The notes beneath the pieces are model-generated. The model saw only the letters and a program-made list of their open reading frames with translations, had not been told where the DNA came from and searched no databases. Positions 1-13,850 of a DNA stretch of 64,000 nucleotides are shown here, piece after piece (position 1 is the first letter of the stretch; each line of letters begins with the position of its first letter). The position numbers and the translations under genes were made by a program. The stretch lies in the NCBI RefSeq assembly GCF_009914755.1, contig NC_060926.1. One strand, given 5' to 3'. Source of the DNA: the human T2T-CHM13v2.0 reference genome, Homo sapiens.

Positions 1-328
1 AGGGTTGGTTTCATAATTTGGACAGTAGGTAATGTTATGGGGAAGTTAAGAAATGGGTCAAGAGAACGAGAGGAATGATAGGTGTAGTAAACAAACTCCC
101 TTGTCTCCTTCCACTCCAAGCTCTGGTCACAGTCTACCCAATGCACAGCATCCAGCTTCACTTTCACAGCCTGTCATTTGGACCCCATGGAGGTATCTAC
201 AGGCAGCATCCTTGGAGCACATGCCATTCTTCCAATAATGAACATTTGAGTAGTAAGGATTCTTCATGCTATTTCACAGTGGCAGCCAGAAGAGATGGAA
301 AAAAAGAGGAAACATGCTTCATGTTTTG

Positions 329-330
<2 letters not shown>

Positions 331-360
<30 letters not shown>
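331..360. repeat. (GT)15 microsatellite
   Basis: Perfect GT run read directly. Confidence 0.97.
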
Positions 361-365
<5 letters not shown>

Positions 366-369
366 ATTT

Positions 370-535
370 AATAACTAAAATTGACTGCATGTTTGCTATG
401 TACCTGACCCTATTTTAATCACTTTACTTGTAATATTTTATCCATCATCTATAAAATTAATATTATTGTTAGCCTTATTTTATGGGTAAGACAAATTATG
501 CAGAGCAAGATTAAACAAATAGTTCCAGGCTCATT
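370..535 (-). mobile_element. MIR SINE fragment, highly diverged
   Basis: Resembles the reverse MIR core (gctatgtacctgac...cttattttatgggtaagacaaattatgcagagcaagattaaacaa). Boundaries approximate. Confidence 0.55.
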
Positions 536-2830
536 ATTTGGGTAGTGGAATATTTGTTTTACAATAGGAGAAAGGGCCCAGGGTATCGGGTTAGCAGGCA
601 ATTGAGTTAGAATAGCATAAATGAGTCACATGAGACACAATAGTTCAGAGAGTGGGTAGACAATCCAAGAGACAAAATGGTAATTGAAGACTGATAAAAT
701 AGGTAGAATGCAATATAGGTCTTGTAAAATTATGGGTGAAATGACCCAAGCAAAGGCATGAATGTGGGAAAGTTCATGGCTTGTGTGGAGAGAACAGTGA
801 GCAGATTAATGTGATTACAATTAAGGGTTCATCCATTTATTCAACTTCTTTGTTGTTATTGGACATCTAGTATTCGTCAACCTCTAAAGAATAATGAAAA
901 TCATACTGAATATACAGGTTGGGGTCAGATAACGGACACTTTCTATTTATCAAATATAGCTTTTCTTATATTACATTTGTTAATAATTTTATGATAGTTT
1001 CATATTATAAATTTGCCCTTTTCAAGCCTACTTTTATCTCTCACTTCTGACTTGACTTATGATTCTAGTACTTAGCCTTAAAAACCAAACGTTCTTCAAA
1101 CTACTTGATTAAGAAAGCAATAACCTCAGGAGAATATTTTCTCTCCTTAAAACTGCAGATCATATTTTGTGTTATAACACCTTTCTTACAACTGTTATAT
1201 CTTAAAGAGGTGTCTTTCCATACTCAGATTTCAGAGAATGTTACCAGGTCTTTTGGAAATTTTCCAAAAGATTTAAAATTCTGGTTTGAAATTATTAAAT
1301 ACTTATGATGTGCCCACAATATACTTTAAGTTGGTGTTTCTGTTTTCCATTTTCTTGGACCTACAGCCTCTGGTGCAGCCAGGGAGAAGCCTAGTTTTGG
1401 GGGGAAAAGCTTCTGAAGACGTTTGTTGCTGACCTGCCAGAGAGAGGGGCTAGGCAACCCCACCTTCTGACCTGTCCTTCCTGAGCCTGTCAGGCAAGAG
1501 TATTGTGGCATTTGATCAGGACCCTCTGGAGACGGGACTGGGAACAAGTTAAACTCTCCCCATGTTAGCCCTTTCCCATTCTCTCCCCAAGTGTTGCCAA
1601 GTTTCTCTTACCCAAGTACTCAGCTTTGTAGACATTGAGGCAGTTCCAGTGAGACGAGTACCCTCTGATAAGAAATACTCATAGTGGTTCTTGGCAATGG
1701 TATTCATCCATTCAGAAGCCTGAGATATCATCTCCTACTCTGGATTTTCTTCCCGAAGCCAACTGAGAATCAATAGTAATTACTCTTTCCACATTCGTGA
1801 AAGAAGAAAATACATTAAAACCTATCACTCTTAGATGTTTTAATTTAAAGAGCCTTCTACATTTAAATTAATAACATTAGATTCCTGCAAAAAATTTTAT
1901 ATGACCTACAAGCCAAATATTGAGATTTTTTGTTTTGTTTCAATACATGGTGAAAGTTATCTTCCAGAAGGTTTAGTAAAAGTTGAATGAAAAGGAGAGA
2001 GCTGCTTGCCACTTGGGAAGTTCTCAAAGTGGGCTGACATTGTTAGTTGGTGGTGGCAATAAACAAAATGGGGGTAGTCTCAGTAAACAATATTACAGAA
2101 GAATCACTTGGATTTAAGGGGTAGGAGGAAGAAGAAGCAAGAAGAAAGTGAGAAGTTTTGTCCTTAAAATTTTCATATACTAAACAGAGTAAAGATGAGT
2201 AATCTAAAATTTTGATGGGCAGCCAAAAGAGGACTTTGACAACACTAACTCCTTTCCTTTCAGTGTGCAGCACATAATTCCTAGCAACAAGCATCTAAAT
2301 GTGTTACTGTATTTGGTTCTTTTATAGAGATACTGATAGAGAATATACATTAAAATGTTCTTTCGTATCTGATATTGTATTTAGACAAAGAGTTGTTTGG
2401 GGGAAAATGACTCACAATATATTGATTTGGGAATAAAATAATACAATTATACATCTGGACTTTGTGTCAATTTTAATAACTTAATCTGCTCTACAAAACC
2501 CCATTAGAGGTATTAAAAATTACATAACTCTGAATATATTTGCAAATATCTCAGTAATTAAATCATCTATAAATGCTAACTGAAAATATTCCATTATACT
2601 TTAAGTTTTAATGATCCAATATACTTCCAATAGAATACTGTCCATTTTTTTTTCTTCTGCTACTCTGATAAAGCTATCACATTCTTAGAGCTATTGGATA
2701 GAAACACATTTTTAGTTAAATAGTTGCAGCTATAAAATGCTAATTGTGTTCATATGCATGGATTACTCCGAAAAGATATACATGGCTTTACATTTGTAAA
2801 AAGCCGAATCTAAAATTGGACAGTAGTTAA

Positions 2831-3255
<425 letters not shown>

Positions 3256-4106
3256 AAGGCTATATTTTCATGTGTACTAGAATGAAAGCTATGTGACAAT
3301 GGGTTCTCCTGTGTGTGCTTTTTAAATTCTGTATCCTCAGTGCCTAGAGCAGAATCTGACACAAAAATTTATGTCAAGTATATCAGTAATATATATGTAA
3401 TTTATGTATATGTATAAATATATGTGACTATGTATGTATGCATTAATGTACATGGAGAAACATATATATATATGTGTATGCATGCATCTACACACTGCAA
3501 AACACGCTAAAAATGTTGATTTAATCATTGGATGTGAAAGTGTGAGTAACTTTATTTTTTTATATACTTTTCCTAAATTTGCAATTTTTCTGATTATGTA
3601 ATTATTAATTTTAAAAATGGATAAAAGTAATGCTAGTAAGAACATAAATATTAAGAAAATCATATGTAGAATAAAAATAAAAAATCATTTTCTTCAATAT
3701 GTTCAAATTATTATAATTGTTTGGATAATATCTACAATTAAAATTCATTGAAATTCTTCTCTATGTAATGTGGAAACTGCATAGACTATTATCTAGTTTA
3801 ATAGCCATTTTATTATTTCTCCAAGATCTTCCAGGGAGGATTAATTTATGTATAACTGCTTAAAGGCTATTTTGTTGCCCATTTTCTTATGTCTGGTGTT
3901 GACATCTAGTGAGCTTTAGATGGGCAATACGGTCTTAATTTTTTATTGAGGTAATCAATGATCTTGTGACCTCTAAATGCCAGTATAAACTGGAAAAGGA
4001 AAGAACTAGAAAAGTCCTGTTTCAGAAAGTCCCCATTGCCTTTTTTAGAGGAAAATTAAAAAGAAATGAGGAGTCCATTCAGGGTTTTTTTCCTTTCAAC
4101 CCATCA

Positions 4107-4325
4107 AATAATGACAAAGATGTGTTTAGGGCTTCTGATGTGTCAGGTGCTGTTCTAAGTGTATTACATGTAAAAATTTCATTTAATTTTCACAGTTCCC
4201 AAAGAAGCGTAATTATTTTACAGATGAGGAAAGTGGAGTACAGAGGGAAGTGTTATCTCATTAGTGTTCTAAATGAGGCAGGTGGACTCCAGAATCCATA
4301 CTCCTGATCACAGCAATCAATTGCC
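4107..4325 (-). mobile_element. MIR SINE
   Basis: tgtgtcaggtgctgttctaagtgtattacatg...attttacagatgaggaaagtggag matches the reverse MIR core. Confidence 0.8.
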
Positions 4326-4849
4326 TGCCAACCCTGCAGATCAGAGCTTCACCATGGTCTGGTAAAATGAGGACTGCCCAGAGAAACAAGGTGGCAGGGT
4401 TATAAGTTTCTACCTCCTTGAAGTTTCTCTGTAACCTTGGGTGAAATCTTTCATCCTTGATTGTTTATGAGCTCATGTACAAAATGTGGTACAATTTTAC
4501 TTGTCTTCTCTAGAAGCATTATGGTGTCATTTGTGATGATTTTTAGGCCCTTCTACTTCTAAATATATAATTATGTGAACACTCTATTATTCAATTCATT
4601 GGAAAATCTTGAGAGTGCAAAATGCCGGGAGAATATATTTGCTCAGAGAAGTTTTTTATGTCTAAAAAAAAAAAGAGATCTTTTGTTAAAAAGAATAAGA
4701 ATGGAGTTTAAACAAAACTACTAGTGAAAATTTGCTGGTACATTTTTAAAACTTAGATTTAGCTAATTGTTATTTTAAAAGTAAGCCCCATGCTATTTAA
4801 CCTATTTCATATTAATTGTCTCAATTCGTTTGTTAACTCTAGAATAACC

Positions 4850-7450
4850 TTGATATCAAAATCTGGAAAAAATAGAGCACAAAAAGAAAAGTATAAATCC
4901 ATTCAGTTCTCACTGCATGAAAAATAAAATAAAATAACAGTGAAAGGAATTTAACCTCAATCTTAAAAAAAGTTAACAAGCAGGGCTATTACAGAAAGAA
5001 GGGGATGACTGAAAATCTGAAACTTCATCAGTGAAACTAATCATTAAAGTAACAAAGGCATTAATGAAAACATCAGCACAAGAAACACTGAAAATCATAA
5101 AAATCTGCAATCTTTTTGAAAAGAGAGGAATAGAATTAATAATACTATGATTTAACCACATCTATGTTAAACCAACACGTGCTATTATCAGATGGAATTC
5201 TGATAAGTAGGCATTCAACTTAAGAAAGGATAAAATAATCCAGTATAATTTTTGAATACTTTCTAGACAAGAAAATAAGAGTAGAAAAAGAAGAGAAATG
5301 TAAGAAAAAAAAACAGCAAAAAGATACTGTGTTAACGTTTTTAATGGTTAATATGTCTATCTATGGTGATATTTTAATATATCATCTTGGTCAGGCCAGA
5401 TTACATTTCCCAGAATTCCCTTGCCTATAGGTTTCGAGTTAGAGGGATCCACCAGAGAAATTTCTGTGACAGCTTTAGAGGGCAGAAATAAAACATCGGG
5501 CATTTTGTTACCTACACACGTCACTGTTTGTCTGCTGACTCATCTTGTTGGATCTGTAATTGCTTGCTCTACCGTCCCCTGAACATTATATTAGCTTCTA
5601 GGATACATGGGCCAGAAGCGATCAAGAAGAGTTTTGGCTTCTGCAGGATACCATATCATCAAAGTTAGACGCAACAAGAACTGACAAGGATTTCTTTCTG
5701 TGGTTGCAGGCCTCAGCTCATTTGTGGGGTTCAGCTTCTTTTTGCTCTATCCCACTTTACATCCATTTTCCCTTCCCATCTGCCTGCCCTGTGGATATCA
5801 AGCTCCAGCATAAAACCTGAGGACAACAGCTTCACAGAGATTGCTTAACCAGCTCCAACTGTGTAAGGTTAAATCCCTCTACGTGTATATGTTTTTTCAT
5901 GTCTCTCATTGGAATCTGATGATATACCATCTAACAGGAAAACTTAAGAGAATCAATGAAAAATTCTTTTGAACCTAAATAGACATTCCAAGGAGGTGAC
6001 TAGTCTCAAGGAAAACATTAAGGGGCAATAGGTATTTTATTTAGTGATAGGCAAAAGAAAAAAATGGGGAACAAAACAATGACCCCACTCACAAAATGAA
6101 CAAAATCATAAATCACATAGGAACAAATGAAATGAGTGAGCACCTAGAAAAAGAAAAGTTAAGCCTTTTCTGTGAGACGAAAACAAGGACTAGATTAAAT
6201 GAAGAGAGATAATGTAGTTCATAGACAGAAAAAATAATGCTGCAAAAATTTTAATTGTTGCTTTACAAATTTAAAATTCTAACACTTTATAGTACATTTC
6301 TATAAAAGTACAAACCAAGATAATGATGCTACAGGTCGCTAAGGAAAATAGAAATGATACATTTTTATAAAATAAAAATGACACAAGAACATTTTATGAG
6401 AATGGCAAAAATGAAGCTTTTATTCAATTAGGTAGTACAAAATAATAAATGCCATTGTGTTCCAGGCACAGAACAAACTATTGAGTAAATGGACCAGACT
6501 AATAAATCTAGCAACATACCTAAATGGATAAATATGCATTTAATAAAGGTAAAACCTCCAATCAGTAAGAAATAGATATTATTGTTTTGGAAAAAATAAT
6601 AGAAAGACTTTACCTCACATCATATACCAAAATGCGTTGTGTAAATTAACTATACTGATATAAAACAAACAGAAATTAAATTTTATAGGAAATACAAATT
6701 ATATTTTATATAATTTTTCAATTGTGAAGTTTTCCTAAACATGAGGCTAAAGTCAAAATTGATAGACATAAATGGGGTACAAGTCAAAAGATACGTTAAA
6801 AATAAATCTTAAACACTGAAAATGTTAAAGTGGAAAAATTATTTGCAATACACAAGACAATGAATTGAAGATTTTAATTTATATTTGATAAGCTCTCTCA
6901 TACCTAAAAGAAAAAGTCAAACATTTCATTAGAAAATGAAATAGCACATAAATAAATGACAAAATATTCAATATTCATGATCATTTAAAAATTACTTAGC
7001 TTCACTCTAAAAAGTGAAAATTGATGCAACAATGATATATCTTCATATCTTATCAAAACAACAGAGATTTATCACAAAAAGGAAAACGAAAACATTAATT
7101 ATTGCATAGGAATCAGAGATATCAAAACATACACATCAATAATTGAGAAATATCTAGCAATAACTGAGAAGCTTACATTCCCTTTTTCTAAATGATTCCT
7201 TTATTGGTTTATATACAGGAGTACATAATGAGCAAGATGAAGGCAATTTTTGGTATCAGTGACTTAAGAAAATAAAAAATCAAAGTTAATTTAAATGTCC
7301 AGTATTAAGGAATTGGTTAAATGAATGAGGATATATCAAACAATGGAATTATCTATTCAAAAAGATGGAATAGTCTACTTAACTAAAAGCTAAACTGACA
7401 AGGAAAACTATTTACTATGCATTCTTATATGAATAAGTAGCAGAATATCA
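4850..7450 (+). mobile_element. Very old L1 (L1M-class) ORF2/3' remnant, split by an LTR at ~5362-5925
   Basis: A-rich strand with degenerate L1 ORF2 signatures (ttacctcacatcatataccaaaat, aaaattatttgcaatacac, aaatgtccagtattaaggaattggttaaatgaa, caatggaattatct). Boundaries approximate. Confidence 0.6.
5362..5925 (+). mobile_element. ERVL-class solo LTR (LTR33/MLT2-like)
   Basis: Start tatggtgatattttaatatatcatcttggtcaggccagattacatttcccagaattccctt resembles an ERVL LTR 5' end. It is a GC-richer island inside the A-rich L1. Subfamily uncertain. Confidence 0.55.
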
Positions 7451-7479
7451 AAAGTATTTTACATGTATTATTCAGTTAA

Positions 7480-7620
7480 TGCATATGATAGGTTTTGTCA
7501 GTACTCTCATTTTCAAGACGGGAGAATTGGGGCAGAGTGATTAAATGACTCGTCCATGTTCACACAGAGAATAAGTCTTGGTTGGAGCTAGAAATCAAAC
7601 ATAAATAGTGGAGGTTGAGA
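7480..7620 (-). mobile_element. MIR fragment
   Basis: ctcattttcaagacgggagaattggggcagagtgattaaatgactcgtccatgttcacacag resembles the reverse MIR core. Confidence 0.6.
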
Positions 7621-8469
7621 TTTTATCTTGCCTTTATATGACTTTATTTCAGAATTTTGAATTATATTTGTAATTTTTTGATAGCTGTTTCCCAGCTTTT
7701 GGTATAAAGGTTGTGTTATAGCTCAATTCAAGACTTTCAACCTTTTTTAATCTCTGGAGTGTAATATGCTAGTATCTCTTTCTGGAAGGTCAAAGGAAAT
7801 AACTCACAAAATGCTCTTTATTATTACCTTTTCAGAAATAGCTTTCCAATACCTTCTTTGATTTTCTCCCCTATTTTTATTTATGTGTAATATTTTAACT
7901 CTATTTTAGTCAATGCGGTAATTTATTTTCCCTTAAAAAAATTAAGTGCATTATCTGATCTTTGTTCAAGTTCTTCAGGCTTTATATGGTCCAAACCTCT
8001 TTTAAAATATTTGATCGCTTGCCACTTTTTTTTTCTTTTCTTCAATGAAAGATAGATATATACAACAAATTGTGACTGTTAACTTTTTTTCCAAATAAAT
8101 CTGTGTATATTTCTCAGAAAGATACATCCCAGATTATTGCAAAAAAATTGAATTCATAATGCAAGAATTCCTATATATTTCTTTCATCCAAAAATTGTGC
8201 CGGCTGGCTGTTATTATTGCTAATAAATTTACTAATAAATTTGATGCCTGCCCATCAAATCTGCCTTCACAGAGGTAATAGTGTTGTGACTGATGTTAGC
8301 ATGGCCTGTTTTATTCCTCAGGAGAGTATATAAATCATCCAGAGCAACTTTCCTATTTTGAAAAAGAGAGGCCCACTTGCAGGCAAAAGTCTCTGGGTCC
8401 AAGCATTGTGTGCATGTGTATTATTTACTCAGAATATTAAAACAGAACTAATTTCACAGATGAGGTCCA

Positions 8470-9005
8470 AGCTTTTGAGGATGTCTCTGAATGTTTTGTA
8501 ATATTCTGGCCGCTGTCTGTATCTCCTCCCCTTGAATCTGTACTAATCTTTGTGACTGGTTCACAGGGAAATAGCATGTAGCAGATGTGATAATGCATTA
8601 CTTCTGAGGATGGTTCAGAAAACATCAAGCAGCTTCTGACTGGTTCCCTGGGCATGCTACCTCTGGAGTATCCAATTGCTATGTAAGAAGTGTAACTACC
8701 AAGAGGCCTTCATGTCTCAATCAGGGGATATGGTAGAATCCCAAGCTGACCTCCAGGCAGGAAACCAACAGTACCTGCCAGTCTTGCAAGGGAGCTATCT
8801 TGGATGCCCATTCCACAAAGCTTGCTGATGATTGTAGCCCAGTGGACATCTGACAGCAACTTTACAAAAGGTTGTAAATAAAGACTGTCCTACCAAGCAC
8901 TCTTCAAATTCCTGCTATGACTGCAATGTCATGATTAAAGTAAAATGGTTATTTCAAGTGACTAAGTTTTGGGATAATTTGTTATATAGCAATAATAAGT
9001 AGAAT
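8470..9005 (+). mobile_element. MaLR solo LTR (MLT1F/G/H-like)
   Basis: cctccccttgaatctg...ctttgtgactgg near the 5' end and the typical MLT1 3' end aagttttgggataatttgttatatagcaata. Confidence 0.7.
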
Positions 9006-9027
9006 GATTTTTAGATAAAGAATATAG

Positions 9028-10288
9028 TGACAAATGAATGGAAGACTTAAAAGTAAGGCCTGAAATTATACTACTACTAGAAGAAAACACAGGAGAAAAG
9101 CTTCTTGACCTTGGCCTGGACAAGGATTTTTTAGTTATTACCCAAAAGCACAAGAAACAAAAGCAAAATTGGACAAATAGGACTTCATCAAACTAAAAAG
9201 CTTCGGTACTGCAAAGGAAACAACAGAGTGAAGAGACAACCTACAAAATAGGAGAAAATAGTTGCAAACCTTACACCTGATAGGGTGTTACTGTTCAAAA
9301 TATGTAAGGAATTCAAACAACTCAATAGCACAAAAACAAATAGCCTAACTTTAAAAATTGGGCAAGGAATCTGAAAAGAATACACACAAATAGCCAACAG
9401 ATATATTCAACATCGCTAATCATCAAGGAAATGCAAATTAAAACCACAATGAGCTATCACCTCACACCTATTAGGGTGGCTATTATCACAAAAATAAGAA
9501 ATATCAAGGGTTGGTAAAGGTGTAGAGAAATGGAAACAATTTTACATTGTTAGTGGGTATGTAAATTGTTACAACAGTACTGGAAAACTGTATGGACGTT
9601 TTCTTTAAAAATTAAAAATAGGCCTACAATTTGATCCAGCAGTCTCACTACTGGGTATATATCCAAATGAAATGAAATCAGTCTGTTCCAAAGATATCTA
9701 GACTCCCACACTCATTATGACATTGTTTATAATAATCAATATATCAAAAGAACCTAAGTGTCTATCAACAGATGAATTGATAAATAACATGTGGTATATG
9801 TACACAACGAAATAGTATGCAGTCTTAAAAAGAAGGAAATCCTATCATTTGAGACAACATGGATGAACCTGGAAGACATTAGTTAAATTAGATAATTGAG
9901 GCACTGAAAGGCACATACTGCACAGTCTCACTTACATGTGGGAATGAAAAAAGGTGAACTCATTGGAGCAGAGAATAGAATAATGGTTAACACAGTCTCA
10001 AGAGCAGGTGGGGACTGGGGAAATGTTTGTCCGGAAATACAAAATTGCAGTTCTACAGGAGGAATAAATTCTGGAGATCTGTTGAAAAACACTGTGACTA
10101 CAGTTAATAATAATGTATCATATTGTGAAAATTGCTGAGCAGATTTTGAATGCTCTCATCAACAGAGAAATATGTGAGGTAATGGATATTTTAACTAGCT
10201 TGACTTACTCATTCTACAATGTATACATCTATCAAAACATCATGTTGTTCACCATAAATATAGTCAATTATTATTTGTCAATTTAAAA
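9028..10288 (+). mobile_element. 5'-truncated L1 (L1MA-class): 3' ORF2 plus 3'UTR
   Basis: L1 ORF2 3' sequence (gacttcatcaaactaaaaagcttc, gaaatgcaaattaaaaccacaatgag), L1MA-type 3'UTR and short A tail; 11-bp TSD aaagaatatag at 9017-9027 and 10289-10299. Confidence 0.92.
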
Positions 10289-10884
10289 AAAGAATATAGC
10301 AAAGGATAGATAGCAAAATTACCTTGGATTGTTTTTTGTCTCTTGGTTTCCTGAAATTTCTGCTTTGTCTTTTTATTCTAAAAACTCCAACAGATTAAGT
10401 TTAGCTTCATAGATTTTGGTTTTTTATTTTGACAAGCAATCTAAAAGGACTGATTATCAATTTAATATTTCTTTGTGCATAGTAACATATCTCATAATTT
10501 TCTCATCTCTTTATCTGTGATTTAATCACATTTATAATTCCTATGTATTTATTAACACTCTTATTCTTTATACTTGATTAGATAGTCTAGTAATTCCCTT
10601 TTTTATCTAATTTTTGAAACAAAAACTTCTTGAATTTATTATGAGTTATTTCTCATTTTTAGTTCACCAGTTTGTTTTTGTCTATATTAATATAATTTTC
10701 ATATATTAGTATATTTATTCTACTTTGTTTTTGTTGTCATGGATCTTTTTAAGTTGAATACTTATTCATTTATTCTTTAATAAAAGCAAAGTCTATGAAC
10801 TTGCCAATTAGAGAATAAAGATTAAGATTTGCTTTTTTCTTGACTCCAAAGTTGTAATCTAATACAATGTCTTCTTTATAAAAA

Positions 10885-12425
10885 TTAATATTTATTTTCT
10901 AGAGCAGTTTTAAGTTTGCAGAAAAATGAAGAAGATAGTACAGAGTTCATTTTTCTCCAAGATTACTAACATATTGCATTAGTATGGTCTATTTGTTACA
11001 ATTGAGGAATCAATATTGATACAATTTTAATCACTAAAGCCCATAGTTTATTTTAGGGTTTGCTCATTATATTATGCAGTTATATGTATTTTAACAAACG
11101 CATAATGCCATATATCTACTCTTGACATACATACAGAATATCATAGAGAATAGCTTCACTGTCCTAAAAACCCCCTGCATCCCATCTGTTCGTCCTTCCT
11201 CCTGCTTCCCTCTCCCCTGGCAACCACTGATCTTTTTACTATCTCTATGGTTTTGCCTTTTCCAGAATGTTATATAATTGAAATCATTCATTATGTAGCC
11301 TTGTCAGACTGGGCTTCTTTCACTTGGTAATAGGCATTTAAAATATCTTTGTGTCTTTTTGTGGTTTAGTAGCTCATTTGTTTTTATCATGGAATAATAT
11401 TCTAGTGTATGGATGGAACACAGTTTGCGTATCCATTTACCTATTAAAGGATACCCTGGTTGCTTCAAGTTTTTAACAATTATGAATAAGGCTACTGTAA
11501 CTATTCAAGTGCAAATTTTTGTGGGGACGTAAGTTTCCCATTCATTTGAGTAAATACCTAGAAGCATAACTGCTGGATTTAGCTTTGTAAGAAATTGCTC
11601 AACTGTTTTATAAAGTGGTTGTGTCATTTTGCATTTCCACCAGCAATGAATGAAAGTTCCCATTGCTGCCCATTTTTGCCAGCAGTTAATATCATTAATG
11701 CTTTTGATTTTAGCTGTTCTAGTAGGTGTATAAGGCTCTCTTAATGTAGTTTCAATTAGCAATTTTCTAACGCCATCTGATGTTGAACATCTTTACCTAT
11801 GTTTGTCATCTGTATATCTTCTTTGGTAGGGTGTCTGTTCAGATCTTTTCCCATCTTTAATTGCTTTCTTATTGTTGAGTTTCAAGAGTTCTATGTTTTA
11901 AATACAAAGTCTTTATCAAATATGTGCTTTTGCAAATATTTGTCCCCAGTCTGTGGCTTTCTTTCTCTTAATACTGTCTTTCATAGAGCAGTTTTCTGTT
12001 GTTGTTATTGTTTTTTAAAATTTTAATGAGCCTAACTCATCCATTTATTCTTTCATGGATCATGCTTTTGGTGTCGTATCTAAAACCTCATCGCCAAACC
12101 CAAGATCATCTATATTTTCTCCTACGTTATCTTCTGGAAGTTTTATAGTTTTACATTTAACATATAGGTCAATGGTCCATTTTTAGTTAGTTTTTGTGAA
12201 ACATGTAAGGTCAGTGTCTACATTCATTTTTGTGTTTGTAAATATCCAGTTATTCCAGCACTCTTTGTTGAAAAGACAATCCTTTTTCCATTGAATTGCC
12301 TTTCTCCTTTGTCAAAGATCTGTTGACATTGTATCTGTTTGTATTTTTGGATCCATTTCTGTTTTTTCTGTTTTATGTTGATATATTTGTTCTTTCATTA
12401 ATACCATACTGTTTTGATTACTCAG
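10885..12425 (-). mobile_element. L1 3' portion (L1MC/L1MB-like)
   Basis: Reverse L1 3' end (gagcagttttaagtttgcagaaaaatgaag, ccctggcaaccactgatc) running into reverse ORF2 (ttgcatttccaccagcaatgaatga, ccagcactctttgttgaaaagac). Confidence 0.88.
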
Positions 12426-12564
12426 TTATATAAGAGAGTATATTATACTTTATTTTTTAAGTGTGATAATTTATGAATTTCTTACAAATTCATCTTTTTG
12501 CAGTCTAATTTACCTCAGACAATAATTTTTAAAAGTAGTTGCTCGAGATTCATTTTATGGCTTA

Positions 12565-13850
12565 TATTATGGGTTGAATTGGGTCATTCAAAAAGATAAG
12601 TTGAAGTCCTAACTTCTTGTATACCTAAAAATTCATGTGCTGCCTTGATGTCTTTGAGCCTCATGGGGCCCCAAAGTTCTAACCAAGAGCTCCCCTGCTC
12701 TCACCAGATATACCCCCTACTTAGTGAGATGGGCTCCCCACTCTGCTAGTGCCCATCAGCTGGTCTACATGTACTCCACTCGGCTATCAACCTAACAGTC
12801 TTCAGCTGCCTGCCAGCCTGTAAAATTATTTAAAGAAACCAATCACATGGTCTTACGGGAAACACAGGCACCCCACTCCCTGGTTACTAGAAAGCCTTCC
12901 TCCCACAACTCCTACTGGTTCGCTCTGCTCCCAAATGCAACCTCCATGTGGCCCTGAATGGTATGCAGTGTTTCTCTCACTGAGATTATGAGTGTCATTA
13001 ATAAACTGCTGCCAATCTTACCTGTCCAGTGGAGACTGTTATTTGTCTGGCCATCTTGTATTATTCAGGGTGTTATTCAACAACAGGATATGTAGGTGTT
13101 GACCAGAATACCCTGGTGCCTGTGAATAGAACCTTATTTAAAAATAGGGTCTTTGTTAAGATGAGGTCTCAGAGAGAAAGGAGGAACATGTTATGGATAC
13201 TGGAGGAAATGCCATCCTTGTTATAAAGTGTTAGAGGATTTGGCTGAATTGTTCTGCTGTAGGATGGAAAGTAGGATCTGTAAGCCAGTGATCTTATATA
13301 TTCATCTGAAGACATTCCCGAGAAAGTACAGAAGATGCTTTCTGATTTCTCCTTGCTGCTTATGGTAAAATGCAAGAGGAGGAAATACATTTAGGAAGAA
13401 ACTGCCAAGCAAAAAGGAACCAGCACTTGATGATTTGAAAAATCCTTGGCTGATCCAGATAGCATGCTCTGAAGAGAAGTGCAAGTGTGTGGCTGGACGA
13501 CCTATTGCTGGAGAAATTCAGTGTTTTCCTTACTGATCCGATTAACTATACATCAAAAACAGTTCTAGTTTGGGTTGAAGAGTATAGAGAGGAGAAGGGC
13601 GTACAAAGACTGAGGCAGATATTGGAATTATGCTGCCAAAAGCCAAGGGATGTCCAGGATTGCTGATAACTGCCAGAAGCTAGGAGAGACCCGGAAGGAA
13701 ACAGCTTTGCTGACACCTTGATTTCAGACTTCTAGCCTTCAGAACTGTGAGAAAATACAGTTTTTTTCTAGCCTTCAGAACTGTGAGAAAATACATTTCT
13801 GTTGTTTTATGGAGACCATTTTTTACAGCAATCCTAGGGAACATATAACA
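12565..13850 (+). mobile_element. MLT1C-like MaLR LTR interrupted by a second LTR and a MaLR-internal-like segment
   Basis: 5' end tattatgggttgaattg...gaagtcctaac; resumes at ~13109 (gaaccttatttaaaaatagggtctttg); 3' part gacaccttgatttcagacttctagccttcagaactgtgagaaaataca...cagcaatcctagggaac. Confidence 0.75.
12618..13085 (+). mobile_element. Nested ERV solo LTR (MER54/MER73-like, subfamily uncertain)
   Basis: TG...CA termini, CCAAT box (aaccaatcac) and an AATAAA signal near 13000. It interrupts the MLT1C-like LTR. Confidence 0.6.

Noticed and set aside
1326-1750. Moderately GC-rich unique-looking block with short ORFs
   Set aside because: No splice or protein evidence. It is probably an old LTR remnant that I cannot name.
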